A stretch of 64,000 bases of DNA from Chara braunii (Eukaryota > Plantae > Charophyceae), in the NCBI GenBank assembly GCA_003427395.1, contig BFEA01000012.1, positions 4,609,512 through 4,673,511 of the forward strand. Direction: 5' to 3'. Every line of letters starts with the position of its first letter. Position 1 is the stretch's first letter. Shown here one piece after another: positions 1 through 12,900 of the stretch. The position numbers were made by a program, and so were the translations under genes. The notes below the pieces were generated by a model that ran no database searches, was not told the DNA's origin, and was given only the letters and a program-made list of their open reading frames with translations.

Positions 1-1498
1 GGTGCCGGGTGACTGGGTGGCGGCAGCGGTGGATCGGGAAGAGGATGGGGCGTCGGAGAAGCGACTCCGCATCTTCTGGTACTGTCGAGCAGCCTCGTAG
101 GCCTGCTCGGAGGAGGCGGTGGACCTCAGGTAGGAATGCCTCATCGCAGATGAGGCGGGCGTGCTGAAACACTCGAATGTGACGCTCAAGATCGGTTGGA
201 GCGGAGGACCCGCGCCACTGCGTCTGGGTGACCCGATTTAGGGCGTCGGTTGCATTATGGAGAGTGTCGTAGCGGTCGTGGAGGAACGCGGTGAAATCCG
301 CGAGAGGTGGAGCCTCACCTGAGCGAGTACGATGGGTATAATAGTTCTCCCATGCGGAGAACGCGCTGCCTCGCAATTTAGTTGCAAGCGCGGAGCACCA
401 CAACTACTGACCAGTGTTAGTCAGTGTCAGCGCATGTGTGGCAGCCTGCAACCAGTGCGACACACGCATAGTACCATCGAAGTCGGGTATGTCCGACAGA
501 CGCACAAGGGTGGGACCGCTGTGCTGATGACGAGGGGAGAGAGGTCGAGGGGCCCACACTGCGGCGGCAAATGTCGAGGCCGGTGCAGACGTGGAAGTGG
601 TAGCAGGCTGAGAGCCGGGGCTGCTGGTGGAAGGTCCAGCAGACGTGGAGGCAACAGCCGCAGCCAACTGTGACGGAGTAGCGAGGTAGTAGGGTAGAGG
701 GGGGGGAGCCTGTCGAGGGAAACGAGCCGGCAAGACAGAGGTGGGAGGGGCGGTATAAGAAGAAGAAGGGTGAGCAGCCTGTGATGGGTGAGGCTGTCTC
801 TGGGAGAGAATCTCCGCTTGGAGCTGTGCCACGGTGGCCTATAGGGTAGCCACCCGTTGTGTGCGCGGGGTTGGGGGTGGAGAGGGCGGAGAGAGTACCC
901 TAGCGGGAGGAGGAAGAACTCCGAGCCGTAGTGCCGCGACCGGTGCAGGAAGCTGGAAAGCAGCACCGGGGTGGGTAGTTGAAACTGCCTGGCCAGATAC
1001 CGGTATCTGGGCGACAAAACATGCGGCAGTGGCCGAAGCGGACGGGGCGGCGGGAGCGGCGGGGGCCAACGAATGTGCCGCAACAGACAGTATGGTCTGA
1101 GCAGCAGCAGCACTCACCACTTCGGAGGGGGAGTGTTGGGCCTGTCCCGCGGAGGAGGACGAACCACCACATCTCCGTCGTTGGAGTCGTGGAGAGCCGG
1201 ACTTCGAGCCGGTAGGTGACGGGGTCTGAGAGTGGTGGGGAGAGCGATGAGGAGAGCCCTTGAGGTGGTGAACTTCAAGGGCGAGCGCGTTGACTTGCGT
1301 CTCCAAGGGTGCAAGCACATCAAGTCGCGCTTGCAGAGGTGCAAGGAGAGACGCAAGAACAACGCGGAGGTCCGTGGGGTCCACAACGTGTTGTTCCTGG
1401 ACCGTCGGGTGGGTGGACGCCTGAGAGGTGGACGGCGCCGCGACGAGCTCCTCAGATGTAGCCCTGTCCGTGGACGGTGGAGGAAAAGATGTAGACAT
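1..1498 (-). mobile_element. Degenerate Ty3/gypsy gag (frameshifted/stop-interrupted), runs off the window
   Basis: ORFs 839-1498 and 404-832 continue into gag-like motifs IPDFDGTMRVSHWLQAA and, after a frameshift, KLRGSAFSAWENYY...DFTAFLHDRY (retrotransposon gag pattern). Confidence 0.7.
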
Positions 1499-1734
1499 GG
1501 TGCGAGGTAGGGGGAAAGAGGGGTTATGGTATGGGGACAGGGGACCACTGGTGAGAGGGAGGGGACCGCGAGAGCGGAGTGGGTAGTCGTGTGTCGGCTC
1601 CCCCCGTGACCAGCAGGTCGCGCGTGAGATGGTGGCGCGAATCCGGCCCAGGGGAGAGGAGTCGTTCGGGTCCAGGGTGCCCGAAGGGAGGAGGCGGGGG
1701 AGTAGGGGGGAGTAGGGGGGTTTAGGAGACCCTT

Positions 1735-1764
1735 AAACCCTAGAAAAACCCTAAGAAAACCCTA
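1735..1764 (+). repeat. Three telo-box-like AAACCCTA motifs
   Basis: aaaccctagaaaaaccctaagaaaaccctaa upstream of the gag remnant. Confidence 0.55.
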
Positions 1765-1944
1765 ACCGAGGTTCGGGTGGTTAAGGGAGGGTAGCGGCGA
1801 CCTAATCAAGAAAAGAAAATAGCAATCATGGGGGGGAGGGGGAGAGAAAATAAAATAAACAATGAAATTTCGAGATAGAAATAAAAGAAAATAAACAATA
1901 AAAATAAAGAAAGAAATAAACAAACAAAGTGTGAAAAAAAGGTG

Positions 1945-2320
1945 ATTTTCGGCAACATTTTCCCACCCCACATGGGGTCAAAAATGTGCCAAGAGGAAGG
2001 AAAGAGCGAGAGGAGCACACTAACTTTCGAAATGCCGCAAATTAAAATTTTCAAATAAATAAATAAATAAATAAGGAGGTGGAGGAGGATGAAGAGAAAA
2101 ACGAAGTTTTTGAGTTTTTCAAAAATTTCGGCAGCATTTCGTTACCCCCATGGGGTCGAAGTGTGCAGTCAAGAAAAAGACTAAGTAAGATGGGAAAATT
2201 TAGCCAGCACTTCGCTACCCTCAAGGGTTCAAAATGTGCTGAAAAAAGACTAAGTAAAGAAAAAACAGAAAATTTCGGCAGCACTTCGTTACCCCCACGG
2301 GGTCAAAATGTGTGCTGAAA
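1945..2320. repeat. Four degenerate ~45-bp repeats (AATTTCGGCAGCA...CCCCCATGGGGTCAAAATGTG) in the element leader
   Basis: Copies near 1947, 2123, 2196 and 2271; a related AAATTCGGCAG core recurs at 9765-9945. Confidence 0.8.
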
Positions 2321-3106
2321 GCAAGAATGACTAACTCCTAATCAGATTTGAGGGTACCGCAAGGAAATTCGAATTTTCAGAATAAATAAAATAAAAATAA
2401 AAATAAATCAGAAAAATGATAAAAGAAGTAGGGAATAAGATAATTCAAATTCTTGGAGGAAAAGGAAAAATTTAAGTCAAAGAGAAAGAGAAAAGAACAA
2501 AAACAGAAAAATTCGAAGTTGGGTGGGGGGGGGATGGAAAAGTGATGAAGAAGGAGAGAAATAAGTGAGAAGAGAAAGAAAAAGTAAAGTGGGAGATGGA
2601 GGAGATGATGGGGTTGTAGTTGGGGGAGGGAAGGGGGAGAGGAGGGTGGTAGAATGGGAGAGAAGGATACAAAAAAGGTAGAGAGGGGTAGATGAAATTA
2701 GTGGGAGATGGTGAGTGGGGAGGAGAGGAGAGAAAAAGGTTGTAGAGGATGGGTGGAGAGGAGGGTAGGAGTGGAGAGTAGTGGTGGGGGGGAGAAAAGA
2801 TGATTAGATGATGGAAGGGAAAAAAACTTCAAAAAAAAAAAGAGGTTGGGAGAGAGTGGGTTAGTGGTAGGATGGTGATACCAGGCTCTTGGGTGGCCAA
2901 GAGCAAAGTTCTACCAAGATCCACAGGATCTTGGCCTTCAAGATACTGCTGGTGTGATGCCACAGCAGTAAAAAGATGATGATGATCTAGGGTTGGTTGA
3001 TATCTTGATCAGCCACCCTACCGCCACAGTCACACAGCCCCCTAGCCGGGGGGGGATCTTGAACTGTTGCCAAACTGCTGCTGCAACAGTGAAGTAGTAT
3101 AAAATA

Positions 3107-3139
3107 TACGGTTTACCGGGCAGTTCTATTTGTGACGAT
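3107..3139 (+). repeat. 3'-terminal fragment of the hammerhead-bearing repeat
   Basis: tacggtttaccgggcagttctatttgtgacgat matches 56143-56175 (+) and the reverse complement of 31508-31538; flanked by ATAT on both sides. Confidence 0.85.
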
Positions 3140-3164
3140 ATATACTACGACTTCGCTAGCTTCC

Positions 3165-4007
3165 NNNNNNNNNNNNNNNNNNNNNNNNNNNNNNNNNNNN
3201 NNNNNNNNNNNNNNNNNNNNNNNNNNNNNNNNNNNNNNNNNNNNNNNNNNNNNNNNNNNNNNNNNNNNNNNNNNNNNNNNNNNNNNNNNNNNNNNNNNNN
3301 NNNNNNNNNNNNNNNNNNNNNNNNNNNNNNNNNNNNNNNNNNNNNNNNNNNNNNNNNNNNNNNNNNNNNNNNNNNNNNNNNNNNNNNNNNNNNNNNNNNN
3401 NNNNNNNNNNNNNNNNNNNNNNNNNNNNNNNNNNNNNNNNNNNNNNNNNNNNNNNNNNNNNNNNNNNNNNNNNNNNNNNNNNNNNNNNNNNNNNNNNNNN
3501 NNNNNNNNNNNNNNNNNNNNNNNNNNNNNNNNNNNNNNNNNNNNNNNNNNNNNNNNNNNNNNNNNNNNNNNNNNNNNNNNNNNNNNNNNNNNNNNNNNNN
3601 NNNNNNNNNNNNNNNNNNNNNNNNNNNNNNNNNNNNNNNNNNNNNNNNNNNNNNNNNNNNNNNNNNNNNNNNNNNNNNNNNNNNNNNNNNNNNNNNNNNN
3701 NNNNNNNNNNNNNNNNNNNNNNNNNNNNNNNNNNNNNNNNNNNNNNNNNNNNNNNNNNNNNNNNNNNNNNNNNNNNNNNNNNNNNNNNNNNNNNNNNNNN
3801 NNNNNNNNNNNNNNNNNNNNNNNNNNNNNNNNNNNNNNNNNNNNNNNNNNNNNNNNNNNNNNNNNNNNNNNNNNNNNNNNNNNNNNNNNNNNNNNNNNNN
3901 NNNNNNNNNNNNNNNNNNNNNNNNNNNNNNNNNNNNNNNNNNNNNNNNNNNNNNNNNNNNNNNNNNNNNNNNNNNNNNNNNNNNNNNNNNNNNNNNNNNN
4001 NNNNNNN
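3165..4007. other. Assembly gap (N run); other gaps at 5163-5651, 23738-23847 and 31627-32227
   Basis: Runs of N. Confidence 0.99.
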
Positions 4008-4465
4008 GCTCGCTGCTCGCTGACGGGGGGGGGGGGGGGTAAATACCTGTTGTGCCACCTCTTCAACAGCAACAAGCCACAGTATCAACCCATACTGTGG
4101 CTTTGGCCAGTGTGTTAAGGTACTGGCCACGCACACGCATGAGCAACAGCTGCCCAGGTTCAAACCCTAGCAGCTGCAGCACTCCCGGATCTTGATAATA
4201 TATCCGGGAGTGGAGCGGGGCGAGGCAGCGGGGCAGCGTGCGCGCGCGTGCGGCGGCCTTGGCCTTGGCGCGCACGTGTTGTGATCGTGCTCTCCTTTTT
4301 CGCCACGTGTCATCTCTCCACGGCGCTGTGTCCGAACACCGTTTTTCGCTGTTTTTTTCCCGAAAAAGCCCTGAAAAACCCTCAAAATCCCGCTATCGGG
4401 ATTACACCGTTTCCCGCTCTTAAGTGCGGGGGGGGGCAGGGCCGGTGGGAGCGGGGACCGTTCCC

Positions 4466-4477
4466 GCTCTGATACCA
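4466..4477 (-). promoter_or_regulatory. Primer-binding site, tRNA-iMet (TGGTATCAGAGC)
   Basis: gctctgatacca on +; 1 nt from the CA end of the adjacent LTR. Confidence 0.9.
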
Positions 4478-4478
4478 G

Positions 4479-4830
4479 TGTGCCGTACCCGCCAGGATGG
4501 CGGTCCGACATGATGGAGAAGAAGGGGTTGAGGAAGGAGGAAGTGGAGATGGAGTTGGAAGGGACAGCGCAGCTCCGACGCAGACTCAACAGCGCACGTA
4601 CTCCAACAGTGCAAAAATGAAGAATGATGAAAAATAGACAACAGTTGGGGTATACCCCCAACGGACTGACTGACTGGATTGGACTGACCTGGTACCGACA
4701 GTGGTACCGGGCAGGACTGGAACAGCACACAGCCTGTGGGGTCAGGCCACAGCCTGGTCCCACAGGCCGAACTGGCAAATAGCCAAATAGGCCCTGGCTG
4801 TAGGCCAGGGCAGATGGAGGCCCGCTGCAC

Positions 4831-4831
<1 letters not shown>
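4479..4831 (-). mobile_element. 5' LTR (353 bp) abutting a (GATA)n tract
   Basis: Termini TGTGC...GCACA form a 5-bp inverted repeat; followed by a canonical iMet PBS. Confidence 0.8.
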
Positions 4832-4875
<44 letters not shown>

Positions 4876-4880
4876 GATAG

Positions 4881-4941
<61 letters not shown>

Positions 4942-4946
4942 TATAT

Positions 4947-4979
<33 letters not shown>
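4832..4979. repeat. (GATA)n/(GA)n microsatellite
   Basis: Direct reading. Confidence 0.98.
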
Positions 4980-5111
4980 CCGGCCAACAAGTAAGTCTCC
5001 AACCCCGTGACTGGCCTTACACCACTTCCATCGATAGGATGAGCAAAATCGAATGAATCTTCCGCTAGAACATCGAACTATACACTACTACGCGCACGAG
5101 CACGAGCACGC

Positions 5112-5115
<4 letters not shown>

Positions 5116-5162
<47 letters not shown>

Positions 5163-5651
5163 NNNNNNNNNNNNNNNNNNNNNNNNNNNNNNNNNNNNNN
5201 NNNNNNNNNNNNNNNNNNNNNNNNNNNNNNNNNNNNNNNNNNNNNNNNNNNNNNNNNNNNNNNNNNNNNNNNNNNNNNNNNNNNNNNNNNNNNNNNNNNN
5301 NNNNNNNNNNNNNNNNNNNNNNNNNNNNNNNNNNNNNNNNNNNNNNNNNNNNNNNNNNNNNNNNNNNNNNNNNNNNNNNNNNNNNNNNNNNNNNNNNNNN
5401 NNNNNNNNNNNNNNNNNNNNNNNNNNNNNNNNNNNNNNNNNNNNNNNNNNNNNNNNNNNNNNNNNNNNNNNNNNNNNNNNNNNNNNNNNNNNNNNNNNNN
5501 NNNNNNNNNNNNNNNNNNNNNNNNNNNNNNNNNNNNNNNNNNNNNNNNNNNNNNNNNNNNNNNNNNNNNNNNNNNNNNNNNNNNNNNNNNNNNNNNNNNN
5601 NNNNNNNNNNNNNNNNNNNNNNNNNNNNNNNNNNNNNNNNNNNNNNNNNNN

Positions 5652-5702
<51 letters not shown>
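5116..5702. repeat. (TG)n and (GA)n microsatellites flanking a gap
   Basis: (TG)n 5116-5162, gap, (GA)n 5652-5702. Confidence 0.97.
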
Positions 5703-5705
<3 letters not shown>

Positions 5706-5723
5706 CTCCTTTTGGGGGCGGGG

Positions 5724-6488
5724 TGATAATTTGCCAAATACCCCGATAAGTTGAGATATATGTCAAAATGTCCCTAAAAGATATGGACACAGTGGAATGG
5801 CCTTTTGGGCTGACATGTTTGTCTTATGCCCTTGTCAGGCAGGTGTGCAAATTCACTTGGCCTTTTACAATTGCACCTACGAAAAGTTGGCAAACGCGGG
5901 GCATTTTGCAAAGTTGGGCAGCGTCCGGTAGGGGTACATTGCAAAGATGGTATCCAACTGATGGCTGCGGTGTTTTGCAAAATGTTTTTGTCATCGTCCT
6001 TCGCTGCGGCAGGTCCACTTGTAGAGATTAAAATTCAGACCAATGATTATAGATATTTAGGTAATTTAGGTATTAAGGTATTTAGACAAATACTTTTACA
6101 ATTTAGGGATTGAAGAAGTCAAGTTGAGAGATGCAATTTCAGCTCACCTCGTTTGCGCCCTAGGTCTAATTAATCCACCTATTCATGATTTTCTAATTTA
6201 GATCTACTTTAGGCCTCTAACTTCTGTAGGTGACCTTGACCCCAAGATTAACTCATTGCCTGCTCTTGTTAGTGTTGTGCCTTCCGGGGATTGCCTATTG
6301 CGAGCAAGCGGGGTCAAAAGCCAGATCAGTTATGGATGTGTGCAACTGGAAGGCAATCCATACCTCCTTGTTGCACAGTACCCTTATTCTATAGGTTATT
6401 TCCTTATCCACCCAACCCACATCATCCAGGAATGGTTTGGAAAGGGCATTATCTTAGTTCCTTAAAAAGAAATTAACGTACCTTATCA
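5724..6488 (+). mobile_element. LTR (765 bp), preceded by a polypurine tract
   Basis: TGATAA...TTATCA terminal inverted repeat; GGGGGCGGGG at 5714-5723 immediately upstream. Confidence 0.65.
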
Positions 6489-6920
6489 CCTGGTCTTGCA
6501 CGACTGGACCACACAGGACCCATGGATCCCGGTGCGCCCGCTCTCAGACTTCCCAGATCCTTTCCCTCCCCCACCCACGAGTTTGGTAAAACAGAGTTGC
6601 TTCAAATAAGACCACAATGGTAAAGGGGAGTGGAACTGGGCAATAGGGAAGACAAAGGGTCTCAGGTCTAAGAGGGCAGCGAATGTTTGGGGAACAGGCT
6701 AGCTCATGGTTTAAAGACTGTAGGAAGTCGGTCCAAGAGGGATGTAACGTCCGGTCCATAGGCCAACTCTCATGGTTGAAGGTGAGCAAAGGGTAAAGGA
6801 TTCAGAGTGGTAAGAAATAGAAGGGCCCTTGGCACCTGGCGCAGAGCGGCCTGCTTACTGGTGAACCCGGCCCAAGGCGTGACCTTGGGGATTGCAGGTG
6901 TGAAACAACACCTCACCGAC

Positions 6921-9900
6921 ATGCAAACAACTATCTCCGCTCTCTCCGATCGCATGGCTGCCTTCGAGCAACAAGCTCCGGCCATCACAGTGGTCACCAC
7001 AACTCCACCCCCTTCCACATCCGGACCGACCACCTCCTCCACTCCGACCTCCACCACCACTTCTCCCTCGACCTATCTTCCTTCATCATCATCGACCACC
7101 CCGTTCTCCAGCAACACCACCCCACCCCCCACTTCTTCCACTTCCGCCCTTGCACAATCCACCCTTGCCATCACACACTCCTCCCTCCCTCCTCACCAAC
7201 ACATCTCCGCTCCCATCCTGTCGACCTCGACCATCACATCCATCCTGCTCACATACGCGCAAGTTACCAAAATCCTCTACTCGTCACCCTCGACTCTCCT
7301 CCTCGCCTTCCCCCAACCTCCCTCCAACAACCTTATCCCTACCAACCCCACCGACGACTATACCCGCATCATGTCTACCCCCACATCCTCTGACTTCAAC
7401 ACCCTCGCTCGCCGTGTCCCCAAAACCGGCTACCTTCCTCCCTCCCTCCGCCTCCAAGGCATTCCCACCTTCTCCGGAAAATCCCATGACGACGTTCTCC
7501 TCTTTTCCTTGCCAAATTACAACAAGCTTTTGAACTCCACAACGTCCCTCTTATCCACTGGCTTTCCATCGCCATCAACAAACTCGTCGACACCGCTCAT
7601 CACTGGTGGATCACCGAATCCACCAACCAACACTCTGCCGGTCTTCCTCCCCTCTCCTTTGTCGAGCGGGCCTCCCTCCTCTCCGCCACCTTCCGCCCGC
7701 AAAAGACAATCGACGACTTCGTCGACCAGGTTTGCAGGCTTCCCCAAAAAGGCCCCACTGACCGCTTCGTCCAATATGTCCGTACTCTCCACCAAAGCGT
7801 CCCCCACGACCAGATCACCGACAATATCTTCATTTCCCGCTTCAAGTGGGTCTGTCGCAAGCAAGGACATCGCATCCGCCCTCGCCTACGAGCCACCCAT
7901 GTCCTTCATCGACCTCCTCACCTGTGCCCTTCAACACGATCGCTTTCTCTGCCCCGTTCGCGGTCCCACCACCTCCCGTCCACGCTTCTTCCACAACATT
8001 TCCGCGGATGATACCACCGTAGCGTCTCCCTCCGACGACGAGTTCACAACCCCTATAGTTAAGCCCGACACCCTTTCCGACTCCTCCACCTTGGTGTTCC
8101 TTAGCTCGGAGGAACTCCACACAATCCAATTTTTGCAAGGACCGCATGGCTCGACCATCTTCCTCCACCCAAACCCCCCGTCTCAAGAAACTTACGACCG
8201 AGGAACGTCGTCGAGCGCATCGGCTCTTGCCTTTTTGCAAGGGCGAGAGCCCTCCCGACCATATCACACAGGAGTCAAACAAAAACATCAAGAGACAACT
8301 CGGGAACGATGCAAAGTAATCCCACGAGCTGCCAAGACGGTCGTGGTCGCGTCGTCCCTTCGTCGCTCTAGCAGAGTGCGCCAGCTGTACATCTCACGGT
8401 CCCTAGGACAGGATAGGTTCCCGCAGGGCATAAGCTTGCCTTCCCGAAGGGGTTGTCACCACCCTTAGGGGAGTATCCCTACCGAGCTACTGACCCACGT
8501 GCGAAAGCTTTTAGATGCAATCGCAGAGGTAGATCAGCCGAGGGCGTTTGCTCGTTCGTTGCAGTATAGATACGCTTGGTTAAAGCCAAGTGGACCCGAG
8601 AGTTGTCCGTCCCTTAGGGCGCTGATCTCCTAAGTACGAAGTGGACGTCGGTTGACTAGGACGGTCTCAACCAAGCGTGAAACCCCAAATCTTCCTAGTC
8701 CCTTGACACACAGTCAAACGGAAGTTATAATAACCACATATTATTACATAAAAAAGAATCGACCGTAGTCGATATAATACATATCAAATCGGTAATGATA
8801 ATCGAAAGAATCCAAATCATAATTTGATACATCCAATAGCACAACAACCAAATAAAATCCGACCACCCCAGGTCGAACTCTCACAAAACAATCATACAAT
8901 CGTGAACAAGGAGTTGATTACCGACAATAATATAGACACGGCCGATAAGGTAATCGGCTGCTTTAGTGTTGACTTGATGAGACGCATTGCGAAAGTTATC
9001 CATTCAACCTACCGCCGACTTAAGACCAAACACACACACACACACGTCTTCGTATACTTCCAATCTTCTTGGATAACTAGCTGCTTTGCGTATGTTTCCT
9101 TGATCAAGTGTATTGCTTGAAGTGTTGCATGCCTCTCCCTCTAGGAAGTGGTCTGGGGTACTCCTCTTCCTCGCCCGAGCATAAAGCTTGGATCTCAAAA
9201 GTTGGGCCGTCTCCATCGAATCGGCATGTACCCCCTCGCAGAACGGTCCACTCTGGGTTGATAATAGGACCGGCTCCTGAAGCAACGAACCCCCGCCCCA
9301 TATGCTTCCAAGAGAAAGAAAATATATCCACTGCGAGTAGCTTTCATATATTCTCGCTTTTCCTAAGTTCAGGGTAACTTGGACGAAAAGAAATCAGAAG
9401 AAAATGGAAAACAAGAACCATTTGGACAGGTATAGGTAGATAAGGCCGTTCGGGATGGAAACGGGCCTATTGAAAATAAAACAAAGTCTCCTGCTCTTAG
9501 AAACTGTCCTCAAAGACGGGGAGTCTGTATTAGAGTGTATGTGTGACTCATTAAAATCTCTAATAGTACCGCCGCCTGCTCACACACCACAAAGGAAGGC
9601 CCACCGGGCCGCAAAAATTTGCCAGCACTGGCCTTCAAAATAAAATTGTCGTTGCATCAAACAACTCCAGCCGCAGGGTCCCACCGGACGTACCATCATT
9701 GTCGTGCCACTGATCAAGTAGCACTTCCACACACAAGCACAAAATAACGTTGACGCCGTGCGTCAATTTCGACAGCACCTTCCCTCAAAATTTGTGCGGC
9801 GCAGCCTCCCCACTTAGTGCGTCACTTACTACCGCGCATCTCCGAAAAATCCGGCAGCGTTTCCGCACTACCGTCATTCACCCCGAAAAAGTTCGGCAGC

Positions 9901-12900
9901 GCTTCCTCGTTGTCGCCGCTTCCCTAGAAAAAATTCGGCAGGCTTCCACGTTGCCGCTTACCACCACCCCAACGCCTAGCACGTTGGCTATCGCTGACCA
10001 GTTATGGCCAGCCCTCTTCTCCCTCTTACAGACTCACGACCAATTCACCAGCATCTCCCCCTCGCTACGGCAACAATCTGGCTATGACCGTTCTTCAGCA
10101 GCACCTCCCCACAGCTATGGCTGCAGTCCACGGCTATGGCCGGAATTCGACAACACTTCCCCTCAGCGGCTGAAGTCCACGACTATGGCTGTCGACCTCC
10201 TTGTCCACCAACAGCAGTTTCCCTCAACTGCAGCGGCAGTCAGCGGCTATGGCTGCATTCCAGCAGCGTTCCCCCTCAGCTGCAGCTGCAGTCAGCAGCA
10301 GTGGCTGCACTCCAGCAGCGTTTCCCCTCAGCTGCAGACCTTCTCCTCAGCTCCCTCTCTTTCCAGCAGCAGCACTTCCAGGCAGCATCTCCTCCCAGCA
10401 GCTGACCAGTACTCAAGTACAGTAAGAGCAACACCTCAAATGTGTGAGGCAGTTGGGTGGAATGCTGGCTTTTATAGCCAGCAGAGGGCTGAGGGCAGCT
10501 GCTTTGCCCTCAGCCAAAACTCTGATCAGCGTCTGGCCCTTGATCTAAAACGCGATCAAGGGCCGAAAAACTTGATTTTCCCCTAGGGTAATCAAGTTCC
10601 AGGCCTTGGCTATGCACCTGGCCACTTCCCCAGGCCAGAGGCAGTTGCAAATGGCTAAACCCAGCCATTTGCAACAGTCTGTTGAATTGAACAGACTGCT
10701 GTCACGTCTGCATCCAGAGGCTTCCAAGCCTTGAACCTAGCCTACGACCACAACCACGTTCACGGCACGGCTGTGGCCTTTCTCCTCCCCCATTTCTCTT
10801 CTTTTCTTTTGTTTACTTCTCTTTTTTTTTTACTTTGTTTCCCCCCCCTCATTTTTCTGTGCAGGGGGCAACTCGTTTTTATGAAACGAGCACCCTCCCT
10901 AACTTTGTCATTTCTCAGAGTCGTACTAGAGTCAGGCTCGGCAGGGTCATTCTTCCCCTGCCCTACGCGCGCCTGCACCTGGTCGCGAACAGCGCCAGGT
11001 TCGGGCGATGTTGTGACAGCAGCCCGTTTCAACCAGTGAATGGGCGCAGGTAGCCAGCATCACGACCTCACAGGGGAACCCCAAAGGAAAAAAAAACAAA
11101 AGAAGAAAAGAAAAAAGCAGAAAAAAAAAACACACAAAAAGAAAAAACCAAAAACAATTAACCCTTACCTGAAAATAAAACAAGTGATGCAGCGTATATT
11201 TCCATGTTCTAGCAGTCGATTCATTCGATTTGGCTCACCCTACTAATGCCAAACACTCTGCACGATCAAAAGGAGAGGGGAATCTAAACGAAATCTAAAA
11301 AAAAAAAGAAAAAATCTAAAAAAATCTAAAAAAAAAAAAAAAAAAAACGAAAGCTTACCTGTAAGGCTGCCCAAAAAAGCGGGTGTCTGCTACTGATTCT
11401 AGGGACTTTAAGTCCCTTCTACTTCAGTCGGCGCCACGTGTCGCTTCGTTTTTTAGTTTTTTTTTTTCCGTTTATCCCGTTGGCCTTAGCCAACAGTCAC
11501 ATCGTGGAACCATCCCAGTGACCTGTTGAATATGCCGACTTGATTTCGATCCCCTTGGGGATCGAAATAAATTTTGGACCTTTTCTCGATTTATGTGTGT
11601 CATCCTCGTACAGGCCATGCTCAATCCACGCGGCCCGATCTCGGCTGCGCAATCTTCGAGTTCACGCGGTCGAGATCGACCGCACCACTTGGTTACGAAA
11701 GTGGCTGCTTCGAAAAGGAGCAATGCCCAATAGGCGTGGCGTATCTGATTCAATCCTGGTGTCTGCCGGGTATTAGTCTGGTGCTGTAACCTACTGGGCT
11801 AGCTCCTATCACGACAGTGATAGGAGCAGCTCTTCTATAAGAAGAGCTTCGTGCCAACCATTTTTCCTACCGTGGCCTTGCAGGCAATGCCTGCCTGGCC
11901 TGAGGCCTTGCAGACCTCGCCTGCCTGCCTGCTTTCCCGTGGATGGCTGCCCATCCACGGCTTAGGGGTCACCCGACGGGTAGGTCTCGGCATTGGCCTG
12001 CCACCTCCCCCTAGCTCAAAATCAACCCCCGTGGGCCCAGAAAAAATAAAAAAACTTCCTATTCCCCTTGCGCCACGGCCCTATACCCGGCGCATCCCTC
12101 TTTTTACCCTACGTAGGCCCTGAATCGCGCGGCTGCTAGAATAGGTCTAACTTTAGCGTTCCCATGTCCGCACGTTCCTGCGACTTCGACAAAAGCGAAG
12201 CATTGCCATTCACATCCATTACTCCCGGACGCCACACGCGTCCGGACTAAAGTTCAAAAACTTTTAGTCTCTCAGTCGGTCAGGTCTGAATAGACTTTTG
12301 GCAAACATCAGTCTCATCAAGTCCTTCAATTCAACGAAAGAGTTGGACAGCGCCGACGTTTAAAATCCCCGACAAATACCCTTGTCAAGGTATTTGCCCC
12401 GACAACATGCCTACCTGCAAGCCAACAACGGATGCTTCCGCTGCCGGCAGCTCGAACACCAGCGAACAAACTGCTCCAACGCCGGATTGTTCACTCGGCA
12501 TGTAAACAAACCTGCGAAATCCACTTCTCCAGCCGCCGCGGGACCCGATCCCTCTTCAACGTGAACTTTGTACCCTTGATCATGGAGTGCACATAATTCC
12601 ACCGGTAGACCCCCAGGCGTCACAGTCTACTCTGCGTGCCCCCCTCCCGACGACGTCCTCTACCCCGCCGAACGACAACATCATTGCCTCGTGCTCTTCC
12701 ACCCTCTTCCCCAACCTTTCCTCCATCTCCTTTTTTGTTGTTGTTGTGGAACAAGTACAACTCGATGGGTGTGTTAAGTTGGGCCTCAAACAAAGCCGCC
12801 TCAACACCATGATCTCCTCCACCTTCGTCGACTCCTCCCGATTCCAACTCAAATTCATCGCCGCCTCTCTAGGTACGTCTACAATCAAGTCCCAGACTCT

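Noticed and set aside
3113-5790. Long ORFs spanning N gaps and microsatellites
   Set aside because: Artefacts of N runs and simple repeats.
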